In this document: positions 50,365 to 62,449 of the stretch, piece by piece | Layout: the number at the start of each line of letters is the position of its first letter | Position numbering within the stretch: position 1 is the first letter of the stretch | Assembly: GCA_038087875.1 (NCBI GenBank) | Contig: CM075978.1 | Span: 79,732,001 to 79,796,000 of the forward strand | DNA length: 64,000 nt | DNA from: Malacoraja senta | Lineage: Eukaryota | Direction: 5' to 3' | Program-made: the position numbers and the translations under genes | Notes under the pieces: model-generated | Databases searched by the model: none | What the model was told of the DNA's origin: nothing | What the model saw: the letters and a program-made list of their open reading frames with translations, nothing else

Positions 50365-51024
50365 TTAGGAGAAGCCATCTGCCTGCCCAGCAAGGTTGCT
50401 ATTTCAAAGTGCAAAGCTCATTCTAGGGAAAACATGTGGGAGGTGAAGGGGGATGCATCAGGTGACCAGGCAGTTAAGGAAGAGGCGTCAAAAGGTACAA
50501 GCTTTGGCAATGAGCTACAAGTGTACACGCTGAATATGAGTAATATGGAAAGTGAGCTACAGAAGATGCAGAGCGAGTCGCCAAATGAAGAGAAATGGAC
50601 ATGAACTGAAGCAGGCATTAAGTTATGTGAGGATGGTATCTGGAGACAAAGAGACATGGACAAGCCACTCGCACCACAGGCATTAATGCCCTTTTTTTGC
50701 CCAACAATTTCCTCTTAGGGGCCATCTCACCCCACGACAAATGACAGACTGATTCCAGCAAAATTGTTGGGGGACGGGTTTTTTGGAAACATGCTCAATC
50801 AGGTGGTCGACTCATATGTGACGTGCCAGAAAAACAACTCAGGACCTGTTACGACAATGCCCACATTAAGATCTCCCACCCTGGCCCATTCCAGCACCTA
50901 CAGGTTGACCAGATTTCTGTCCCTGAATATCAGAGGTATACTGACATTCTCATTACCATCGACAGTGTCTCTTGGTGGATGGAGACTGTTTCAACCATTG
51001 TGAGCAATTTTGGGCACCATATCT

Positions 51025-52565
51025 TAGCAATGTTACAAAATTTTGAGATTTTAAAAATCAAGTCTGCAATTTATCCCATCAGATAAAGCATAACAAGAAG
51101 TTTAATTTGACACCTAATTCACCTTCATATCTTCAGTATTAAAAAGGTTATGCCATTTTCATACTCGGAAATTAGCATCTTGTTCCCTATTGCTTTTCCA
51201 TTGACTTAACACAAAAGCTGTGATCGAGGACAGTCAAAAGCCCATAACTTTCTTAAAAATCAAGAGAACTGAATGAAAGTTTCAGTTATTATAGATTGAA
51301 GCATTCTGAAACAAATATGAAACATCTTACTTGGATGACCTGAAATTAAAGCATATAATTAGTTAATTACCTAATTGTAGATAATTACAAAATTGACCGT
51401 TGTGACAGAAATAGTAATAAACACCCAGACTGCCTTGAAAATTCAAAAATGTGATATTCTCAAGATCAGAACTTTAATATTATTGTATTATATGCTGTAA
51501 ATCCGTAACAGATAGGTAAATAAATTACAATTTCTAGCAATAGACCAAGTCTTTATGGAGAAGATCAGTTGCTAGCTGGTACATTGGCATATCATAATCA
51601 GTAGCATCATCATACTCCTCAAATTGTAACCAATAAGCAACTCTGTACACCTTGTTTTTCCTCAACTTCAATTTTGGCATTGTAAACTACAAGTTTTTGC
51701 TCTTCAAACCACACATGACATGCCTTTCTGCCCACTTCTTTCCCATTAACAGTGTCCTGTAGATTCAATTTCTTAAGAAAAGGATAATTTTTTTAAATAG
51801 CCTAAGTATCCAAATAACAAACTAACCCCATTCACACAAGAATTCACAATATAACATGATTTTTAAATCTCACTGTCATGAATTTATATCCCAGATGGAA
51901 GGAATTTAATGTTTAATTCCCATGAATTAATCTAGAAACATCCACCCAAAATATTATCAAATTATTGTTTTTTGCACAATACATGTGACTCAAACTGTTG
52001 TGAATATTTAGTTTAAAAATAATGATCATGGAGAGAGAGAATAAGATAAAATATAGACAATTTAGACGACTTAACTCCCCCGAAAATGGGCATTTTAATC
52101 ATCTTGCTTCTGGAACGCGATCGTTTGGAACGTTGCATTTGCAGTGAATTTGAACCCCATATCGGCAGGAAAAACACTGCTGGTTAGTATGGGGCCCAAA
52201 TCACATTTTCGCTTATAGAGGATTGATTAAAGTCATCCCAAGAAGCAAGTTTATATGTAAAATAAACGACTTACACCGTGTTTTGTCCCGTACTTGAGAT
52301 CCGTCATGTTGTAGGCGTTAACGGCGTTAGAAGTCGCTTTTTATTTTAATATAATTATGAAATTGTCTCGCGATAAAAAAAAAATCGGGAATGGAAGTCG
52401 GAATGATTTTTCTGCATCAGCTAGCAGCCCGAGGAAATCCGCCTCGGACAGGCGGTAGAAAACTGGATTTTAATCCCACCCCCCCCCCTCAAAGGCGCCA
52501 AAGTCGCGCACACGGCCAGTGGCAGAACTGCAGCACCGCTGAAGGTACGTTTTGTAACATCGCTA
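51025..52565 (+). mobile_element. Non-autonomous TIR DNA transposon with 7-bp TSD (long copy)
   Basis: TIRs TAGCAATGTTACAAAA / TTTTGTAACATCGCTA. TSD CATATCT (51018-24) / CGTATCT (52566-72). It splits a CR1 WAPYLRKD motif. Confidence 0.88.
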
Positions 52566-54135
52566 CGTATCTGAGGAAGGATATGCTGGCACTGGAAAGG
52601 GTCCAGAGGAGGTTTACATGAATGATTCCAGGAACGAGTAGATTAACAGATATTGAAAATTTGACGGCACTGGGCCTCTATGTGCTGGAGTTAAAAACAA
52701 TAAGGGGGTCTCATTGAAACTTACCGAATAGTGAAAGGCCTGGATAGTGTGGATGGGGAGAGAATGTTTCCATTAGTGAGTAGTCTAGGACCACAGGCCA
52801 TAGCCCCAGAATTAAAGGACATTCCTTTAGGAAGTTCATGATAAAATAGGCTGGTCAGCATGGCTTTGTGAAGGGGAGGTCTTGCCTGACAAATTTGCTG
52901 GAATTATTAGAAGAAGTAAATAGCAGGACAGACAAAGGAGCGTCAGTAGATGTTGTTTACTGAGATTTTCAGTAAGGTGCCACACGTGAGGCTGCTAAGG
53001 AAGATGAGAGCCCATGGTATCAAAGGACAGATACTAGCATGGATAGCAGTTTGGCTGGATGGCACAAGACAAAGAATGGCAATAAAGAAGGCGTTTTCTT
53101 TGTGGCTGTCAGTGATTAACGGAGTTCCGCAGGGAGTCAGTGCTGGGGCCGCTACTCTTCATGTTGTATATTAATGATTTGGACGAGGGGATTGAAGGCT
53201 TTGTGGCCAAGTTTGGAGATGATACAAAAATAAGTGGAGGAATATAGCAGGGACTCTGCAGAAGGATTTGGACAGGTTGGGAGGTTGGGCAGAGAAGTGC
53301 CAGATGGAATATAGTGTAGCAACGTGTGGAGTCATGCATTTTGGTAGTATGAATAAAGGCGTAGACTATTTTCTAAATGGGGAGAGAATCCAGAAATTGG
53401 TAGTGCAAAGGGTCTTGGGAGTGCCGGTGCAGGATTCCCTAAAAGTTAATCTGCAAGTCGAATCGGTCGTAAAGATAGCAAATGCAATGCTAGCATTTAT
53501 TTTGTGGGGGCTTATATGCAAAAACAGGGATGTAATGTTGAGGCTCTATAAGGCAGTGGCTAGGCCACATTTGGAATTTTGTAAGCTGTTTTGGGCACCA
53601 TATCTGAGGAAGGATGTGCTGGCTCTGGAGAGGGTCCAGAAGAGGTTTACAAGAATGATCCCAGGAATGAGTGAGTTAACATATGATGAGCGTTTGACGG
53701 CAGTGGGCCTGTACTCGCTGGAGTTTAGAAGAATGAGGGGGCCCTCATTGAAACGTACAGCATAGTGAAAGGCTTGGATAGAGTGGATGTGGAGAGGATG
53801 TTTCCTCTAGTGGAAGAGTCTCGGACTAGAGGTCACTGCCTCAGAATTAAAGGATGTTCTTTTAGGAAGGAGATGAGGAGGAATTTCTTTAGTCAGAGGG
53901 TGGTGAATCTATGGAATTCTTTACCACAGAATGCTGTGGAGACAAAGAGTGGATATATTTAAGGCAGAGAGAGATAGATTCTTGATTAGCACGGGTGTCA
54001 GGGGTTATGGGGAGTAGGCAGGATAATGGGGTTGAGAGGGAAAGATAGATCAGCCATGATTGAATGACGCGGTAGACTTGCTGATGCCGAATGGCCTAAT
54101 TCTGCTCCTATTACTTATAAAATTATGAAGTTATG
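52566..54135 (+). mobile_element. Two adjacent CR1 LINE fragments
   Basis: Short piece at 52566-52835. Then QHGFVKGRSCLTNLL, GVPQG, GDDTK and WAPYLRKDVLALERVQ, a 3' UTR and a (TTATGAA) tail. Confidence 0.92.
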
Positions 54136-56291
54136 AACCAGAAGAGCTACAGGACCCACACTGCCCAGGTCCTGTGCATAGATTATATTCCCCAAAGGGG
54201 AGTTCAGGACCGTATTAACTCAGATCAAGGAGCGCATTTTACTGGTGCAGTTTGCCATCAATATGAAGACACTTTTCTTTCAAAATACAATGGGCTGCAA
54301 ACCAATTAAAGAGGTTTCCTCATACAGTCACGGCTCATTCATCTTCAGTGGTCCTCTGTGCCACATGCATCACCATTAGAGTAATTCTACTGGTCAACAG
54401 GGGATATTTACAGCAAGTTTAGTTCACGACTCTAATCAGGAAATAGGGCACAATTACAGCGTCATTCCACCATCAGAAACATCCTCATACACAGTGCGCA
54501 TTTATGTAGTGCCTTCAACAGACCCAACGTTCCCACCAATTGGACAAAAAATGGCACTGAGATTATAAAATAGCCGAGCGAAACCTTGATCAATGAAGTG
54601 TGTGTTAAAGAACATCTGAAAGGAGAATTGAAAAATGGAAAAGCAGAGAAATTTATGGAGTGAATTGCAGCACTAAAGAGTTACTTTGTGGACTCGACTG
54701 AGGCAAAGAAACTGAGGGTTGTAGAGGAGATTGGAGTTGTGGAACACAAGGTTCTTGGAGGGTTGTCATCTGTGAAGGACCTTTCCTCAATCGCTCACTG
54801 ATCAACCTGTACGTAAATTGATGATTTCTTTAAAATCACAGTTGTTACGATAGTCACAACTATTAAGAACTGTTTTCCTTTGCATGGAAACATGCACGTT
54901 AATTAAAAATCCATGAATTAATGTTGCTGAACGACTGTCAATTAGACATTGAACATGGATTGATGTTACTCCTGCTTTCTGCATTGATGTATCACATGCA
55001 TAGATGTGTGCAATCAAGAATGGATGTCTACAATAGGAGTAATATTTTGGGATCAATTTTTATATTACATTTTTTTTAAATCTACCACCATAACAATCTT
55101 GTATCGCGTAATTGTATTTGTAAGCCTATATGTTTTTGAAATATCCAAGTGCAAATAGAGATATTATTGATTTTGCTGGTTTATTCATCAATGGCTTATT
55201 AATCATTTTTTAATTTGCAAACAATTTCTCCTACCTGAGTGTGACTCCACACTTTAAGATGTATTTTCCATGTGACCTTTGCCAATTCAACCTGTTTAAA
55301 CACAACTAACATGCCAATCTATGTTTACTCAGACTATTTGAGGAGCTGGTCCATTAGCAAATGAATTGCTGCAGTATAATTACTGGACATAAAATGGAAG
55401 CATTCAGTGGAATGCAAACCTCCCATGGGACTCAATTTGTGTTTGAGGGCCTGTTCTTGCAACGAGCAGTATATAATGGAAATGAGCTCTCCGTACAGCA
55501 TTTCATTGAAGTTATACTTCAATGCCCACATAAGAAGTTCAATTAAATTACTTGAATCCTGGGGTGATTTACAAATTTTAGTCGTGGACATTATTAAATG
55601 ATTTAACAATCTGTCTCTATAAATGTCTCATGAGAATCTTTAATTCATATGTGAAAAAATGTTGCCTTGCTTACATACGATTAATGATATACTGTATGTC
55701 ATCTTTGTAAGGGTGTTGATGTCTAGTAATTGCAGCCGATGATTTTGTTGCACTAGTATTTAAAATCTTTCCATCAAATCCTTTTTAATTATTATTTTAG
55801 TGGGAGTCTAGACACATTTATTATGGATGAAATGGGAAAACACATTTATAGTTCTTATGATAACGTCACTCACTGTGCTCCAATGGGTCAGTTCTGAAAT
55901 CTGAATTTAGGCAATCCATTCCCGAGTCTTGATGTTATTAAACAAACTGAATGTAATAAATTAAACAAAACCTGATACTTCCCATTTTGTGTATTATTCC
56001 CCTGTTCACTGTTCCTGCCATCTAAAATTTTAAATATACAAAGAAAGAAAATTGAGGAAATGAAGCAAAAAAATTGATGAAGAGCTTTGATAATCTAAAA
56101 GAATATCTAAAGTACCTCAATATTTAATCTTTCAACAACTGCATGATAACAGTTAGAACTTAATTCACAATAAATTGATAGGGCTTAGTAAAAGTTATAG
56201 TACTCAGTTTACTCAAACACATTAAAACGCAGACACAAAATCCTGAGTAATTCAACGGATCAGGCAGCATCTCTGGAGTAAATGGATGTGA

Positions 56292-57230
56292 GATGTTAAT
56301 GAGAGGTCCATTCAATAGTCTATTAATAGCAGGAAAGAATCTGGTCCTGAATCTGGTGGTAGGTGCCTTTTGACTTTTATATCTTCTGCCTGACAAGGAG
56401 ACGGGAGAAGAAGGAATGACCAGGGTGTAAGCGGTCCTTGATTATGTTGGCTGCTGTGCCTAAGCAGCATGAACTGTATCTGGTGTTGATGGGAGGTAAG
56501 GGGAGATGGGGGGTAGTGAGGGAGGCTGGTTTGTGTGACGGACTGGGCTGCATCTGCAAATCTCTTAAATTTCTTCCGGTGTTCGGCAGAGTAGTTGCCA
56601 AACCACGTCGTGATGCATCCTGAAAGGATGCTTTCAATGGTGGATCTGTCGAAATTGGTAAGAGTCATTGGAGACTGGCTGAATTTCCTTCATCTTCTGA
56701 GCAAGTAGAGGCATTGGTTGGCTTTCTTGAGAGTAGTGTCAATGTTGTTGTGCAAATTGTTAGTGATATTTATGTTTGGGAACTTGAAGGCCTTGACCAT
56801 CTCCACTGCATCATTGTGGATGCTTACAGGGGCATGTCCCCAGTAGATATCCAAATGTTCCCGATGTTGGGGGAGTCCAGAACAAGGGGTCACAGTTTAA
56901 GAATAAGGGGTAAGCCATTTAGAACGGAGATGAGGAAATACTTTATCACACAGAGAGTTGTGAGTCTGTGGAATTCTCTGCCGGTTCTCTGGATGCTTTC
57001 AAGAGAGAGTTAGATAGAGCTCTTAAAGATAGCAGAGCTAGGGTATATGGGGAGAAGGCAGGTCCACAGGGTACTGATTGTGGATGATCAGCCATGATCA
57101 CATTGAATGGTGGTGCTGGTTCGAAGGGCCGAATGGCCTACTCCTGCACCTATTGTCTTTGGCTATTGTCTATGTCCACCACTTGCTTCTTAAAGTCAAT
57201 GATCAGCTCCTTCACTTTTGCTGACGTTGT
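56292..57230 (-). mobile_element. Rex1/Babar fragment containing a CR1 3' insertion (about 56840-57170, + strand)
   Basis: TLTNFDRSTIESILSGCITTWFGN on the minus strand; MFPMLGESRTRGHSLRIRG on the plus strand. Confidence 0.85.
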
Positions 57231-57622
57231 TATGGGTGGTCTTCACTTTGATGATCTGCCTGCAGGATTTAAGTTTTCTGAAATGTCTCTATGGATAAAA
57301 GGAAATTATATAATAGATTAATGCAGATTAAAATTAAGAGACCTCTTCAACCATAACTCGTACAGCCTTTTTGACACACGGAGTAATTATACAGGAAGGT
57401 CCTCCAGGAGAACATTTTTTTTCTTTGGAAGTGCTCTTCAGAAATTCAGGCACATGCTTCCCAAGATTTCTGAACCATTTAGTTCCAGATTTCTGATGTA
57501 TGCTCCCAGCAGGCAAGGTTCTCCATCAAGAGTGAGAATTTAGAAAATTACATCTGATAATGTGCAAATTGCATGTCTTGCTATTCCCATTGGAGAATAG
57601 AACGGAGCAGAGAGTCATAGTT

Positions 57623-57745
57623 GTGTAGGAAGGAACTGCAGATGCTGAGTTAAACTGAAGATAGACACAAAATGCTGGAGTAACTCAGCGGAACATGCAG
57701 CATCTCTGGAGAGAAGGAATGGGTGACGTTTTGGGTCAAGACCCT
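57623..57745 (-). mobile_element. Solo Penelope-derived arm
   Basis: TGTGTAGGAAGGAACTGCAGATGCTG...GGGTGACGTTTTGGGTCAAGACCC, with GAGTCATAGTT on both flanks. Confidence 0.8.
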
Positions 57746-57769
57746 GAAGCATTTTGTCACTATCCTCAG

Positions 57770-58670
57770 TGAGTCATAGTTATTCAACATGGAAACAAGT
57801 CCTTTGGCCCAACTCGTCGACACTGACAAAGTGTACCTACCTGAGCTAGTCCCATTTCCCTATCTTGTCCGATATCATTCTGAACCCTTCATGTACATTC
57901 CTAAATGCCTTTTAAACATTGTACTTGAACCCACCTCTACAACTTCCACTGGCAGCTCATTCCATATATCCACCACCCTCGGCGTAAAGAAAGTTGCCCT
58001 TCAGGTCCCCTTTAATATTTTCTCCTCACCTTTAAGTCAATCCCCTCTAGTTTAGACTTCCCTACCCTGGGGGAAAGATTGTGACCATTAATCTTATCTT
58101 TGCCACGTGTAGGACATTGAACAGCACAGCACAGAATCAGGCCCTTGGCCCACAATGGCTGTGTCAAATATTACGCCGTTAAACTAATCTCCTCTGCCTG
58201 CACGTGATGCATATATCCCTTCTTTCTGCCGATCTATGTACCAATCTAAAAGCCTCTTAACTACCATGATCATATCAGCTTCCACCATCACTCCGAGCAG
58301 CGCATTTCAGGTACCCACTGGTAGCCTCGGACCTCAAAGCTAACCCTTTTAGTCTTTGATATTTTCATACTGGGAGAAAGGCTCTCGCTGTCTTACTATG
58401 CCCCTCAAAATGTATATACTTTTATATCTGTGTATCAGGCCTCTCCTCACACTATGTGCCAGGCCAAAAAAATCCAGCCTACCCAATCTCTCTTTTTAGA
58501 TCAAGCCCTCCAATCCCCGAAACATCCTTGTGAATTTTTTCAGCACATTTTCCAGCTTAATGACATCCTTGCTAGAACTCAGAGACCAGATCTGCACACA
58601 AGAGTTGTCTTACCACCAACTTGTATAATTGTAACATAAAGTACGTACTCTTGTACTCAATGACCTAAGC
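57770..58670 (-). mobile_element. Degraded CR1 3' fragments
   Basis: Two reverse-orientation CR1 3' UTR/ORF2 ends. Confidence 0.7.
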
Positions 58671-58679
58671 CGTGAGAGA

Positions 58680-59452
58680 CAGCCTCGCCTGTCCCTTTCT
58701 TCTTTGTTTTTATTTGTATGTTTTAGTTAATCGTTAGTTTTTGTTTTATGTGGGGGTAACGTTTTTTTATCTCTTCCCCCGATGGAGATGTGACTTTTTC
58801 CAATCGTATCTCCGTCCGCACTGCGGGCTAACATCGTGGAGCTGGCGGACCCTTTGTTAGGGACCGACTTTGGGAACTCCAGCTGCAGAAGCTTCAGCCA
58901 CCCTGATCGCGGGAGCCTCGATCGACCTATTGCGGGGGAGCTTCGATCGCCCAGACCGCGGGAAAAAGGGTGGAAGAAGGTAAAAGCTATTCACCTTCCA
59001 TCACAGTGAGGAGTGTGAGGTCACCAAAAGCAAGATGAATGCTGCTTGCGCTGGTGGGGACTCGGAGGGATTGCCGTGAGTGCGGTTGTCTCGGTGTTTG
59101 CCGGGACGTCGCGCCAGGGGAGCGTCCTGGAGTCTGGTGCAAGTGCGGACTGCTTTCTGACTCTTCGGGCAGACAGGGACTGCAGAGAGAGCGACAAGCA
59201 GTCAGTGCAACTCTAGTCACATCATGGTGGAGCGTGTGTGTGGCCATGACATTGGACTGATGGCTGTGGGTGTCCACTTTTTGCTGTGTGCCGAGGGATT
59301 CTCACACGCCGCTATGGTGGCTGTGTATGTTTATGTTTTATGTAATATTGTGTCTTGTTGCTTTTTCCGGTGTGACTGTATGGTAAATCAAATTTCATTG
59401 TACCTTAGGGTACATGTGACAATAAAGGACTATTGAATTATTGAACTATTGA
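58680..59452 (+). mobile_element. CpG-rich non-autonomous retroelement (copy 2)
   Basis: Invariant 21-mer at 58828-58848. Ends GTGACAATAAAG followed by (ACTATTGA)n. Confidence 0.7.
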
Positions 59453-59769
59453 ACAAAGGCAAATGTGCCAAATGCCATCTTCACCACCGTGTCTACCTGT
59501 GTAACTACTTACAGGGAGTAAGTAGCTGTGCCTGTACCCTATGCCTCTACATCTCTTTAAAACCCAATATTTCAGTCAGTCAAAGAGTTTAAACTTTCCT
59601 GGCAAATATGTCCCAGATGGAAATATTACATCAGAAATATTGTTCATCACTGGAGCACCACTTAATAGTAGCTGAATGTCGATATCACATTTATTTTAAG
59701 AAGTTAAGAAGCTATTACTAAAATGCTACTTCACCAGATGAAATTTGATCCATGCTTGTTTCCAAGTAT

Positions 59770-60365
59770 TGCAATTCAAGAGGCTTAGGAAGTTTGGCGT
59801 CCCCTAAAACTCTCACCAACTTCTACAGATGCACCATAGAAAGCATTTTATCAGCATCACAGCTTGGTTTGGGAACAGCTCCATCCAAGACTGCAAGAAA
59901 TTGCAGCAAATTGTGGATGCACCCAGATCATCACACAACCCAACCTCTTTGATTGACTCCATTTATACCTCACACCGCCTCGACAAGGCCAGCAGCATAA
60001 TCAAGGATGAGTCGCACCCTGGCTACTCCCTCTTCTCCCCTCTCCCATCAGGCAAAAGTTATAGAAGTGTGAAAATGCGCATCTCCAGAATCAGGGAGAG
60101 TTTCTTCCGAGCTGTAATCAGGTAACTGAATCATCCTTCCACAACCAGAAAGCAGTGCTGAACTACCATCTACCTCTTTGGTGACCCTCGGACCATCCTT
60201 TATTGGACTTTGCTGGCTTTACCTTGTACTAAACATTATTCCCTTATCATGTATCTATACACTGTAAATGGCTCGATTGTAATCATGTATTGTCTTTCTG
60301 CTGACTGGATAGCACACAAATGCTTTTCACTGTACCTTGGTACACGTGACAATAAAATACACTAA
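59770..60365 (+). mobile_element. Rex1/Babar LINE 3' fragment
   Basis: [14 protein letters not shown]...HPGYSLFSPLPSGKSYRS. Ends GTGACAATAAA. Confidence 0.88.
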
Positions 60366-60718
60366 ACAATCACCAGGAAATAAAAAGGATATATGCTGGA
60401 AATATTCAATGTGTTGGGCAGTATTAGTGGAGAGAAAAACAACGTTAAAACTTTGTAGTATCTAGCTCGTAACTTCTTAATAGACAGTGACCAGGATGGA
60501 TGCAGGATAGATTCATGCTACAACCTCCTTGACTCATTTGATGAAGCACCATTTTTATTTTATGGTTATTGCCTTTTGCATCATTTTTTATCTTTACAAA
60601 AAAGGTGCAAAAATAATCTGATAAAATATGTTCTGAAGAGTTTCGCAGGAGCTTGTCCAGGATTATGATATGTATCTATATCAGAAGCTGGAGTTGAGCC
60701 AAACTTGGGCCGACAAAA

Positions 60719-60841
60719 TGTGTAGGAAGGAACTGCAGATGATGATTTAAAGCGAAGTTAGACACAAAAAGCTAGAGTAACTCAGGCAGTATCTCTGGAG
60801 AGAAGGAATGGGCAACGTTTCGGGTTGAGACTCTTCTTCAG
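60719..60841 (-). mobile_element. Solo Penelope-derived arm with hammerhead-like core
   Basis: TSD ACTTGGGCCGACA at 60703-15 and 60842-54. Minus strand reads CTGAAGA...GAAAC-GTT-GCC. Confidence 0.85.
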
Positions 60842-60919
60842 ACTTGGGCCGACAGCCTTATTTGCACAGAGTGAATGAGCCATCAAGGTAGAAGTAGATT
60901 TACGTGGATGTTACCGGAG

Positions 60920-61335
60920 TTATATGAAGAGTTTGCATAGGCTCGGTCTCTTTCTCCCTGGAGAGTAGGAGAGTAGGAGTGAGAGAACCTTGTGGAGGTT
61001 TATAAAATTATGAGGAGCATAGAAAAGATGAATTGCCAGTTCAGGAGCATCAAAAACTAGAAGGCCTAGGTTTAAGGTGAGAGGGAAAAGATTTAAAAGG
61101 GACCCGAGGGGCAACTTTTTCACACAGAGTGTGGAGTGTCCAGTAACAAGCTGCCAGAGGAAGTAGAGATGGGTACAATTATGACATTAAAAAAAACACT
61201 TGGACAGGTACATGGACAGGGAAGGTATGGAGAGATATGTGCGAAGACCGATACAATGAGCTTGGTTAGGCACTTTTGTTGGCATGGATGAGTTGAGCTG
61301 AAGGGCCTGTTTCCATTGTGCAGAGGTCCATGACT
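60920..61335 (+). mobile_element. Degraded CR1 3' fragment
   Basis: GAGGTTTATAAAATTATGAG...GAAGGGCCTGTTTCC. Confidence 0.75.
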
Positions 61336-62123
61336 AGATGACTCGAAGTTTGGAAAGCAGGAGGTACGCCAATTGTGAATGGCAACAATGACCAGCAGGA
61401 TGAGGGCTCTTGCCCCTACTGGTTCCACTTTTTTTTGGGAAAGGCCCAATTCCCTGAAGATCCAAAAATAGCAGCTTGTGGCTAAAAGGCTTCCAAGGCA
61501 AATACCACAGTGATGTTTTACGAGCAGATGTTCTTGCATAACACTACAAAAATTCATCTTTGCTGCTTTTTATTACTCAATATGGCTACAATACGAATGT
61601 ATTTCTTACCTCATTGGCAGTAACCTTTAGTAGTTATGGAAAACAGGAGGTTTGTTTGTGGGCAAAACTCTCGTCCAGATGACACCAAAAGCAGCCTCTG
61701 ATGGCAATCTCTGTGACTTAACAGGAAGATGAAATTTTAAAGCACTAGGATTCCATATAGTCACAAACATTTCAAATTAACTTTCTGTTTATGTTTAACA
61801 TGTTAGAAAGTCAAAACTCCATAAATCTACATCATTTTGTATCATCAGTAATGCATAACTAAGCACTGTTGGTGGTTGGAAGATTGGTGGAATGAGCACC
61901 ACAGAGGCAGCTGAATCTCTGCAGCTTCAGTGTAGGCAGTAATTTTATAGCATGCCAACCAGTTGGAACAAATGCTACTTTCTGGATTACATTAACCATT
62001 GTTACCAATTTGTACTACTTAATTTTAAATAGTAGAGATAAAAGTTAAATATATAATCCCCTCGTCTTTGTCAGGCTCTTTTTGTGGTCGTAGCATATGC
62101 TCTCACCAGATAACTGAGTCCTG

Positions 62124-62340
62124 ATAGACACAAAAAGCTGGAGTAACTCAGCGGGACAAGCAGCATCTCTGGAGAGAAGGATGGGTGATGTTTCAGGTCG
62201 AGACCCTTCTTCAGACGAAGTGTGAAACAACCTGAAATGTCACCCATTCCTGCTCTCCATACTTGCCTGTCCCACTGAGTTACTCCAGATTTTTGTGTCC
62301 ATTTTCAGTTTAAACCAGCGTCTGCAGTTCCTTCTTACAC
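62124..62340. mobile_element. Palindromic Penelope-derived element
   Basis: Perfect 14-bp TSD ATAACTGAGTCCTG (62110-23, 62341-54) and inverted arms. Confidence 0.9.
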
Positions 62341-62449
62341 ATAACTGAGTCCTGGTTGTGATGGGTTTCTGCTGGTGCTACCTGTTTATGACGAGAACTT
62401 CTTCACAATCCTCATGGAAAAAATATTGTCTGTTTGAAGATTTTTACTT

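Larger units (their letters stand above)
48910..54260 (+). pseudogene. pol: Fragmented endogenous retrovirus pol (RT, RNase H, integrase), interrupted by insertions
   Basis: RT at about 48910-49200: VWPVRKPNGTW-LTIDY...WFSIIDMVNGFWSVPL. RNase H at about 49460-50430: PLQNPELIIFMD..SFVDNGIRKAGWAV...LPSKVAISKCKAH. Integrase at about 50870-50998: PGPFQHLQVD...ITIDSVSWWME, resuming at about 54137-54260: INSDQGAHFTG. Confidence 0.85.

Noticed and set aside
61610-61710. Minus-strand exon candidate with a GAG|GTAAG donor
   Set aside because: Stop codons in all three frames.
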